This document shows, one piece after another, positions 16,939 through 23,918 of a stretch of DNA of 23,918 bases. The notes beneath the pieces were generated by a model. The model saw only the letters and a list, made by a program, of their open reading frames with translations, was not told where the DNA came from and did not search any database. A program made the translations under genes and the position numbers. Numbering within the stretch: the first letter of the stretch is position 1; each line of letters opens with the position of its first letter. Source of the stretch: an uncultured virus (IMG/VR IMGVR_UViG_3300006916_000047). Lineage: Duplodnaviria > Heunggongvirae > Uroviricota > Caudoviricetes. The DNA lies in the IMG/VR virus record IMGVR_UViG_3300006916_000047, one strand, 5' to 3'.

Positions 16939-17607
16939 ATGTCCCTAATGACGGGCTTTGCTATTTTAGTTGGTGAAGCAATTATAGGATTCTACAAAAA
17001 AATTCATGCGATTAACTTCGGAGTTTATGGTGCAACAATGGTTGGAAAAACAACACTCAGTCATCAATTAAGAACAAGAGGAGAAGTGCCACAGATTAAT
17101 CAAAGAACAGTTGGCAAACATAGAGCATCAAGAAAGAATATTAAAATTGATGGAAACTCACACACAGTAAGAAGCGCAGATATTGGAGGAGAAGCAATTT
17201 ACTGGAAAGAATGGGAAAAGGATATGAAAGAACGCCGAGTCAAATATGTTATATTTATGATTGACCATAGGCATTTAGATAGCACTTCAAATTTAGACCA
17301 CCAATTAGCATGGAAATTTTTAATAGATACAATCATTTCAAACACATGGTCAAATGGCAAAAAGAAAAAAGACTCTGATTTTCCAATGGCAGTAGGTATT
17401 TGGGCAAATAAATATGATATATGGGGAAAGAAATATCCACTAGCAGAAGGGCAACAGATAGACAAACATGAAATATTTGAACCGTTTGCATACGGAATGA
17501 GAAAACTTAACGACAAAGGAATACCTTGTTTTAAATATATTGTATCAGCAAAGTCGGAACCCGAAATGGTTTATAGAGGAATTACCACGATGATAAAGGA
17601 TTACTGA
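16939..17607 (+). CDS. Ras-superfamily small GTPase, Arf/Sar1-like features
   Basis: G1 GATMVGKTT, G2 RTVG, G3 DIGGE, beta4 VIFMID, G4 NKYD and G5 SAK, in the right order and spacing; hydrophobic/amphipathic N-terminal helix. Confidence 0.88.
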   Translation: MSLMTGFAILVGEAIIGFYKKIHAINFGVYGATMVGKTTLSHQLRTRGEVPQINQRTVGKHRASRKNIKIDGNSHTVRSADIGGEAIYWKEWEKDMKERRVKYVIFMIDHRHLDSTSNLDHQLAWKFLIDTIISNTWSNGKKKKDSDFPMAVGIWANKYDIWGKKYPLAEGQQIDKHEIFEPFAYGMRKLNDKGIPCFKYIVSAKSEPEMVYRGITTMIKDY

Positions 17608-17612
17608 TTATT

Positions 17613-18152
17613 ATGTGGAAAAATATCTTGAAGGAACGCATTGTGCGAGACGGTAAAGAAATTGAATTTTCTAGGGAAATTTATCATGCTAGAACGGAAG
17701 AACAAATGTTAGACAATATTCGCAAACGCTTGAATGAAGTAGAGAAAAAACACCCAGTAATTGCAGACATTATTTCCCAAATATTAGAGTTAGAAGAAAA
17801 AAAGACCCTTTCCACTAAAAGAGCCTTTCAATCAATAGTCGCTATGTTAATTGAGATTGATATGAGAATTCATGTCTTTCCCCGCCGTAAAAAGAGAGCA
17901 AATTGGGACGATATAAACCCCATAGAAGAAGTACAAGAAATTGTTGCTATTCAAAACCTTATTGAGTCAGCAGGTTTGTTAGAAAAACACCCAAGAGAAA
18001 AGGAGTTGGTTTTAAGCCAAATTAAGTTAATGCGGAAAAGAGGGATAACTTCAACAGAAGCGCTTTCTGTAATTAAACCTCTTTTGAGAAAATTAAAAAT
18101 TAAGATTGTAAATAGAAAGGGAAGACTTAGAGCATGGAAATATAGGGAGTGA
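17613..18152 (+). CDS. Hypothetical helical protein with N-terminal MWKNILKE tag
   Basis: 179 aa; basic C-terminus that could be winged-helix-like (weak). Confidence 0.7.
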   Translation: MWKNILKERIVRDGKEIEFSREIYHARTEEQMLDNIRKRLNEVEKKHPVIADIISQILELEEKKTLSTKRAFQSIVAMLIEIDMRIHVFPRRKKRANWDDINPIEEVQEIVAIQNLIESAGLLEKHPREKELVLSQIKLMRKRGITSTEALSVIKPLLRKLKIKIVNRKGRLRAWKYRE

Positions 18153-18156
18153 TTAA

Positions 18157-18810
18157 ATGTATCAACAACAAATTATAGGACAAAACGCACCAACGGCATT
18201 CAACCCAATGTTGAATCCAATTGAACAGGCAAGAACGGCAGGTAATGTAATAGAATACCAGTTTATGAATATTAAACCAAAGAAGAAAGAAAAAGAATTA
18301 ATTAAAGTTCTTTCTCCTGAACCAAAGTCCTTTCTTTTCTTCAAGTTCGGAAAGAAATTTAATCTCAAAGACCGTTGCGTAGTCTGCGGAATGCACCATA
18401 TTTGGGAATCGGGCGACCATTTAAGACCGCCTATTCCCTTAGAAAAAGTGAAGAAGGGACGACCCCTTAGAGGAACATACTGCCCTAAACACGCATCAAT
18501 GTTTAAACAATTAGAAATGCTTGAGCAACAAATTCTTGCTGAGAAACATGGCTTAGACTTCAAGGCATTCAAGCCAAGGATGCCGAAAGCCCTTTCGGGA
18601 AAACCCACTACTCACCTAAGCAAAACCGAAGTGGCCTCACTCACGGCGGCAGGTTATTTTATTAAACCACCCACTCTACAAGATAACAGGTCGGCCACGA
18701 ATGAGGCCATAGAGTTGGTCGGGCAAATTAATATTTTGACGGATAGATTAAACTACTTGATGATTCAAAACGGAGTTAAAGCACCAGAACAACTTGAAAA
18801 GGAGGAATAA
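18157..18810 (+). CDS. Zn-finger-like protein with C-terminal coiled coil
   Basis: CVVC..HH and CPKH clusters; C-terminal heptads (IELVGQINILTDRLNYL). Confidence 0.7.
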   Translation: MYQQQIIGQNAPTAFNPMLNPIEQARTAGNVIEYQFMNIKPKKKEKELIKVLSPEPKSFLFFKFGKKFNLKDRCVVCGMHHIWESGDHLRPPIPLEKVKKGRPLRGTYCPKHASMFKQLEMLEQQILAEKHGLDFKAFKPRMPKALSGKPTTHLSKTEVASLTAAGYFIKPPTLQDNRSATNEAIELVGQINILTDRLNYLMIQNGVKAPEQLEKEE

Positions 18811-18812
18811 AT

Positions 18813-19463
18813 ATGGGATTTTTAGGAACAAGTAATGGAACTGTTTTAGGAGCAGTTCAAGCACAGAACGACCAGCAGTTTAAGAATGTAAATAATTTAC
18901 TTTCTTTGCAGGATAACCATGTAGAAGAATTTTTCCAATACCATGGCGAAATGTTTTTGGCCGCACTAGAACAATTGATGGAAGATGTCGTTCAAAGAAC
19001 AGTCTCGGATATGTTGGGCAAATTGTCTTTTACAAATAATGGCGGTAATATGACGGTTAATCCAGATACTCTTATGGAGTACCAAAAAATCACACAAGAA
19101 AATATTGATTTAGACATTCAAAAAATTCTTGGGGCGGCAATCAATACCGAAGTCATCATGCAAAGAAAAATGGCAAAACAGCAATACCTTGAATCTCAAG
19201 GCTTTGGTGGGGGACAACCACAACAACCCTCCGCAGGTATGGCTGTGGCAGGGCTAACGGGAAATACTCAACAATACCAACAGATGCAGGGAGCCGTGAA
19301 CAATGGTTCCGGCTACCCTATTCCTCCAACTGGAACAGATGGCTACGGAAGGCCTTATTGGGTTGATGCTCAAGGGCAAATGTCATATGAGCCGCCATCA
19401 AGTGGGCTTCATTTAGGTGCGGCAATCCAAAAAGGTGCGGCTTGGGCTAAATGGTTAATGTGA
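18813..19463 (+). CDS. Helical protein with Q/G-rich linker, WW-like motif and amphipathic C-terminal helix
   Basis: AGGAGG RBS; GGGQPQQP and QQYQQMQG low-complexity region; GRPYWVD..MSYEPP; ends LGAAIQKGAAWAKWLM. Confidence 0.7.
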   Translation: MGFLGTSNGTVLGAVQAQNDQQFKNVNNLLSLQDNHVEEFFQYHGEMFLAALEQLMEDVVQRTVSDMLGKLSFTNNGGNMTVNPDTLMEYQKITQENIDLDIQKILGAAINTEVIMQRKMAKQQYLESQGFGGGQPQQPSAGMAVAGLTGNTQQYQQMQGAVNNGSGYPIPPTGTDGYGRPYWVDAQGQMSYEPPSSGLHLGAAIQKGAAWAKWLM

Positions 19464-19473
19464 GGCGTTTAAC

Positions 19474-21057
19474 ATGGAATATGGCATTTCTTGGATTGGG
19501 GGCGGAAGCCAAATTATGCCCAGAGATAGAGATGTTGTTAAACAAAGCATTGAAAGGTACATTCTTGCGGATTCAAAGGAACACAATACTTTGAGTCCTC
19601 AAATGTATGATACTCTTGATACTTTATTTGATGATTTAGAACAGGAAGAAGGCGAAGATTTTAAGCGAGTTCTTGCCGAGATTGTTCAAGAAATTATCAA
19701 TGATAAAGAAATTTCTTACGATTTCTACAAGAGCGATAATTACGCTTGGTCGCAATACTTGAGGGGTGGCGGAAATGAAAAGGCAAGAGAAGCGTTGCGT
19801 GTTGCCTTGGATAACTACGCCAGAGAAACCACTCTTTATGAAGTATATACTGGTTCAAATGACTATCAAAGAATGAAAGGATATTCTATGTTTAAATTTG
19901 GCAGGGATATGGAAAATCTACCCGAATTTGCTTTAGAACGATTCTTAAGAGAAAACCCACTTACAGTTAAGGCAGATAAGCCGCCTTATGTTTTAGAGGT
20001 TAAAATAAAGAAAAAAGACACAACTAAAAAAACTATGAGTTTTGCAGTAGAATATAACAAATACGCAAAGGAACGGCTTAAGGGCATAGAAAACTCTAAA
20101 GAACTCTATGGTAAAATGAAAAAAGAACAACTTCTTAATTTATATAATGAATCTCTTGAAGGCGACGGTTTAATGGGAGTTGGACAAAGAACCATGACAA
20201 AACCACAACTAGTAGAAGAATTATCAAATAGAGAGAATAGCCTCACTAGAAATCCAGTATTTTCAAAGCAAATAGGAAAGGCATTGACTTTATCGTTTAA
20301 GTTAGTTCCCGAAGATGCAAGGGATAAACCCACTTTATATTATTCTCTTGAAAATAATCCCAGAGGAATACTACAAGCATCGGAAAACTTGGCTCAAGCA
20401 TTTTTAGATGCGAAAGAAAAGCAAATCAAATCCAGAGGGGTTTTTTCTGGTGGGTTCTTAGCAACAACAGACTTAAAGTGGACAGAGGGAAAAACAGTAG
20501 AATTGAAAGATTTCAAGGGGGCAGTTTCTTTACTTGCTAAAACCACAAGTGGGCAACAAAAGCCGATTCTTTCTTTTACCTTTGAAGACATGATACCGGA
20601 GGATTTTTTGTCCAGTGATAAGGAAGAAGAAGTGTATTACTATAAAGTAGGGATAGATGAAATAATGGAGTCATTAAAAGATGAACCAGATGTTATTAAA
20701 ATGCTACAAGGTTCCTTTGAATTAATTGATACTGTTTCAGTCAATAAAGTAGAATTAAAACTTTCTTTTCCCTCTCTTGCGAAATTAGTAGATGATGACA
20801 TAAAAATATCAAGGGCTGGTGGAGATTTTGCGTATAAAATGAGAGGCTTAACAGAACAATTAAAGAGAATAAAAGCCGACCTTATTCCTTTTGGGGCATT
20901 AAAGGCTGAGTATGATTCAGGCCCATATGCCTCTGGTGGTCAATACATTTCAGCAGAGATGGCTAATCATATTGATTTAATGAAAGAGCGATTAGAAGAC
21001 CTTGCAGATTTTGGTGTTGAGATTAAAGGCCAAGTAGATAACATGGAGGAAGATTAA
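19474..21057 (+). CDS. Large hypothetical protein with possible internal HeH/Rho-N-like motif
   Basis: 527 aa after TGAGGCG; contains LYGKMKKEQLL..G..MTKPQLVEEL. Confidence 0.7.
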   Translation: MEYGISWIGGGSQIMPRDRDVVKQSIERYILADSKEHNTLSPQMYDTLDTLFDDLEQEEGEDFKRVLAEIVQEIINDKEISYDFYKSDNYAWSQYLRGGGNEKAREALRVALDNYARETTLYEVYTGSNDYQRMKGYSMFKFGRDMENLPEFALERFLRENPLTVKADKPPYVLEVKIKKKDTTKKTMSFAVEYNKYAKERLKGIENSKELYGKMKKEQLLNLYNESLEGDGLMGVGQRTMTKPQLVEELSNRENSLTRNPVFSKQIGKALTLSFKLVPEDARDKPTLYYSLENNPRGILQASENLAQAFLDAKEKQIKSRGVFSGGFLATTDLKWTEGKTVELKDFKGAVSLLAKTTSGQQKPILSFTFEDMIPEDFLSSDKEEEVYYYKVGIDEIMESLKDEPDVIKMLQGSFELIDTVSVNKVELKLSFPSLAKLVDDDIKISRAGGDFAYKMRGLTEQLKRIKADLIPFGALKAEYDSGPYASGGQYISAEMANHIDLMKERLEDLADFGVEIKGQVDNMEED

Positions 21058-22382
21058 TGTCTATCATCTCATCGCCTAGTGATTACTCTAATTCCTATCA
21101 TACTGGTTCGGGTGTAGCACAATCTTATGAAACTGGATATGGTTTTTATACAGATTTTAAAGCAGTTGCTCATTTACTTCAAGTGCCAGAATTTGGCAAT
21201 ACTACTTACCCAACTGTTAAACAGGTTGGAGAAATTATTAAAAGAATTGAAGGTACAGTAGATGATAAACTCAAAAGAAGTTATAGACCAATAATTACTA
21301 AAAAAGAAATACATAACTTTGAATTTAGAAATCATCCAGGCCAAACTCTTTATGGTGGTTATGTTGGGTTTATTCAACTAAGGCAGATGAAAGTTCGCAA
21401 AATTGTTTCTTTGTTGGTTTGGGAAGGAAGTCAATATAAGGAAATTGCATCTGCTCAAGCAAAAATACAACTACATGATGGTTTTAGAGATATGCATTCT
21501 ATTATTTTGGAACTGCCAAATAATGGAGTTTCTTTTGAACTTGTTGCAGAAAATACCATTAGTGATTTGGCTCGTGCTGAATTTTGTAATACCTTTGGGA
21601 TTAAAACTACCGCAAGTGAAATTTCTTCATTAGTAAATGAAGACTTTCCATCAACAGCGCAATATACTGGAGCAACTTCTCCTAAACGCCTTACTTCTTC
21701 TAATTTATCCCTTTCGGACTTTTTCTTTGCCCAAAAGGAGGAAGGAAATGGCGGGACTGTCCTCATCTCATCCCTACTTTCGGGAGATGACGGGGCTGAT
21801 TGTGTCATCAAAGCCACCATAAAACAAACCTGCACAACGGTAAATACGAACACTTCCATAACAGTTGCAGACTCAAGCAAACTTAAGGTTGGGATGACCG
21901 TAAGCGGAACAGGTATCACGGGAACAACTTCTACTATCACTTCTATCACGGACTCAACAAATGTTGTTCTTTCTGCGGCGGCAAGTGGGAGTGGCACAAA
22001 TGTTCTTACATTTACAACCACCGATGAAATTCCAGAAGTCTGCACTCTAAGTTCCTTTACGGACAAAGATAACATGAAACGAGATGGAAGTTATTGGCTA
22101 TTAAATGAGGAGGGTCGGATTTTCTTCTTACAAGATTACCCCTACCATACGCGAAACTCTGTTCTTGTTTCTTACATCGCTGGAAATGCAAGGGTTCCCG
22201 CCGCAGTTCACGAAGCCGCTACGAAATTAGTTGCGGCAGAAATTATTCGGCATGATGACCAAAGTATTCTTATTGCTGAAACAGGAGCAAATATTTCAAC
22301 AAAAGAAAAGTATGATATTCTCAAGAAAGAAGCGATGGATATTCTCAAAGGCAAATCCGATATTGTCTATTTTATTGATTAG
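21057..22382 (+). CDS. Head-tail adaptor (connector) with large internal insertion
   Basis: N-terminal helices (VAHLL..VGEIIKRIEGTVD) and C-terminal VSYIAG..VPAAVHEAATKLVAAEII fit gp15/gp6-type adaptors; T/S-rich beta insert in the middle. Confidence 0.7.
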   Translation: MSIISSPSDYSNSYHTGSGVAQSYETGYGFYTDFKAVAHLLQVPEFGNTTYPTVKQVGEIIKRIEGTVDDKLKRSYRPIITKKEIHNFEFRNHPGQTLYGGYVGFIQLRQMKVRKIVSLLVWEGSQYKEIASAQAKIQLHDGFRDMHSIILELPNNGVSFELVAENTISDLARAEFCNTFGIKTTASEISSLVNEDFPSTAQYTGATSPKRLTSSNLSLSDFFFAQKEEGNGGTVLISSLLSGDDGADCVIKATIKQTCTTVNTNTSITVADSSKLKVGMTVSGTGITGTTSTITSITDSTNVVLSAAASGSGTNVLTFTTTDEIPEVCTLSSFTDKDNMKRDGSYWLLNEEGRIFFLQDYPYHTRNSVLVSYIAGNARVPAAVHEAATKLVAAEIIRHDDQSILIAETGANISTKEKYDILKKEAMDILKGKSDIVYFID

Positions 22383-22390
22383 GTGATAGT

Positions 22391-22951
22391 ATGTGGAAAG
22401 ATGTTATTAGAAAAAGTCGTTATAAGATGCCTGATGAAGAAAAGGTTTTTGCAGAGATTGACAGGATTGTTGATTACTATGAAGGTAGGCTCCATGCAGA
22501 GATTAGAAGTGCGGCTATGAGAATATACGAAAGAGATAGTCCCTATACCGGAGACGGGTTTATATTAGATACAATTAAGAAGGGGAATGTTCAGGTTGAG
22601 GCTTTGGGATTAGAATATAGAGACTCTAATCGGAGAGAGGAAGATGATAATTTAGTAGAATATCAATTTTATTATGTTGACCCACATTCTAGCGGCTATG
22701 ATAAAATTAAAATTAATTCTGTAGTAATTTACGGTAAGAATGAAAAACAAGGCAATAGCAAAATTACAAACTATCCCGATGTTGAAGATTACGATTCAAG
22801 AAAGTTCAAAAGAAGTGCCAAAGGTTATGCTAGAAATAAAGCCATGATGATGGAACCTCCAGAAGAAGAAGGATTACAGCAATACAAAAAGTATGCAGAT
22901 ATAACAGAAGATTTGATGGAAAACATCGTAAGGGATATTATGGGGTTGTGA
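22391..22951 (+). CDS. Hypothetical protein with N-terminal MWKDVIRKS tag
   Basis: 186 aa; TAGGTGAT RBS. Confidence 0.7.
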   Translation: MWKDVIRKSRYKMPDEEKVFAEIDRIVDYYEGRLHAEIRSAAMRIYERDSPYTGDGFILDTIKKGNVQVEALGLEYRDSNRREEDDNLVEYQFYYVDPHSSGYDKIKINSVVIYGKNEKQGNSKITNYPDVEDYDSRKFKRSAKGYARNKAMMMEPPEEEGLQQYKKYADITEDLMENIVRDIMGL

Positions 22952-22953
22952 AT

Positions 22954-23169
22954 ATGTGGGAAGATATTTTAAAAAGAGTGGACAATAACTACGACAGATT
23001 AGAAAGTGCTATTGAAGATGCAATAGATGAAGCAGAAAATACAAAGAAACCCCAATATATCAAAGAGAGCGATGATGGGACATACTTTATAGACAGTAAA
23101 AAACAAAGATATTATGGCGATTACATAGTAGCAATTGTTAATGCCGATGGCAAAGTAGAAAGAAAGTGA
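22954..23169 (+). CDS. Small hypothetical protein with N-terminal MWEDILKR tag
   Basis: ORF 22948..23169; ATG 22954 chosen by analogy with the other tagged ORFs. Confidence 0.65.
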   Translation: MWEDILKRVDNNYDRLESAIEDAIDEAENTKKPQYIKESDDGTYFIDSKKQRYYGDYIVAIVNADGKVERK

Positions 23170-23173
23170 TAAA

Positions 23174-23389
23174 ATGGCAATTGAAATTGACATGAAAGTG
23201 TTCAATGAACTATTGCAGATTCAAAAAGAAAGAAAACTCGCTATGGATGAATTGTCTCTTGTACTTGGTTATGATGTTTCATTTTCCGATGATGAAGTAA
23301 AGCAATTTGCTATGGAAGAATATGAAAAATACATCAATAAACAAATTAATGAGGAGGTGCAAAAATGGATGAAGTCTCTTTACTCATAG
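23174..23389 (+). CDS. Small helical hypothetical protein (neck region)
   Basis: 71 aa; contains the GGAGGTG RBS of the next gene. Confidence 0.6.
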   Translation: MAIEIDMKVFNELLQIQKERKLAMDELSLVLGYDVSFSDDEVKQFAMEEYEKYINKQINEEVQKWMKSLYS

Positions 23390-23877
23390 ATTTACTTAGC
23401 AATAACTGGTCTTCTAACGCCACGGCTTTAGTCTCTAGTGGGGATATTGGTGCTTCTCATGCTGTTGTTCCCCAGTTTATTGACATTAGAACAACCACTG
23501 CAAATAAAGGTGTTCGTGTTGATTTGAACCAATCTCCGGCAACAATCGTTGTTTTTGAAGATTCTCAAAATTTAGAATACCCTACGGTTCATTATGATGT
23601 AAGGAATGAAACCTATTCGTTCACTTTACACATCCGAGTCCTTCATGATGAGAGGGGAGGACTGGATGCAAACTACGGGAAAGACAGGCTAAGGGCTATA
23701 TACTTGATACTTCGTAGGGTTCTTGAGAGCAAGCGTACTGGTTATACTGCTTCGGACGGTTCCCGTTTCCAGCAATTATTTGTAGGTTCCCGAAGTGAGT
23801 CAAATGACCGAGCAAAGCGATTATTTGGATATAAAGTGAATTTAGAAGCGAAACGATTTGCAGTAAGTATTCCCTAG
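23365..23877 (+). CDS. Probable tail-completion/terminator protein
   Basis: 170 aa downstream of the adaptor. Helix, beta strands (ATIVVFE, YSFTLHIRV), helix, beta (YKVNLEA) match the layout of gpU/gp17-type proteins. Confidence 0.55.
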   Translation: MDEVSLLIDLLSNNWSSNATALVSSGDIGASHAVVPQFIDIRTTTANKGVRVDLNQSPATIVVFEDSQNLEYPTVHYDVRNETYSFTLHIRVLHDERGGLDANYGKDRLRAIYLILRRVLESKRTGYTASDGSRFQQLFVGSRSESNDRAKRLFGYKVNLEAKRFAVSIP

Positions 23878-23907
23878 TAGGTTTGTTAAATAGGGGAGGA
23901 AAACAAC

Positions 23908-23918
23908 ATGGCGATTAA
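23908..23918 (+). CDS. Start of next gene (truncated by window end; tail tube expected by position)
   Basis: GGGGAGG RBS then ATG GCG ATT; only three full codons visible. Confidence 0.35.

Noticed and set aside
1665..21822. Short alternative-frame + strand ORFs (1665, 2190, 3891, 4987, 9118, 11977, 13054, 21403, 21637)
   Set aside because: They overlap longer motif-bearing genes and have no convincing RBS or protein-like features.
428..23205. All minus-strand ORFs in the track (e.g. 12596..13063, 15084..15524, 18162..18608, 21455..22075)
   Set aside because: They lie antisense to well-supported + strand genes, are S/F/L-rich mirror translations of E/K-rich codons, and show no recognisable motifs.
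1..23918. CRISPR array, tRNA, rRNA, integrase/transposase, DGR
   Set aside because: Intergenic gaps are all under about 60 nt, and no repeat-spacer pattern, cloverleaf, recombinase or reverse-transcriptase motif was seen by eye.

Overview
This window is the morphogenesis block of a tailed (HK97-fold) virus, most likely infecting an archaeon. The best guess is a Magrovirus-like virus of Marine Group II/Poseidoniales; this is inferred from gene content and order, (G)AGGTGA ribosome-binding sites and TATA-like promoters, not from a database hit. All credible genes are on the + strand and tightly packed. In order: partial PAP2 phosphatase, large terminase, LAGLIDADG-domain protein, Zn-ribbon portal, several coiled-coil proteins, a 983-aa multidomain ATP-dependent DNA ligase, prohead protease with nested scaffold, major capsid protein, decoration-type proteins, a membrane-protein/small-GTPase cluster, head-tail adaptor and a probable tail-completion protein. 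Two things stand out. (1) Seven unrelated accessory ORFs share an N-terminal W-x-x-[IV]-[LI]-K/R tag. It resembles the C-terminal W-x-x-I-H-K motif of the scaffold and ends in a possible Lys cleavage site, suggesting a peptide tag that loads cargo into the capsid. (2) A virus-encoded Arf/Sar1-like small GTPase is clustered with two membrane proteins, a Zn-finger protein and a Q/G-rich protein with a WW-like motif, which could be a membrane-remodelling or egress system. All family calls come from reading motifs by eye.
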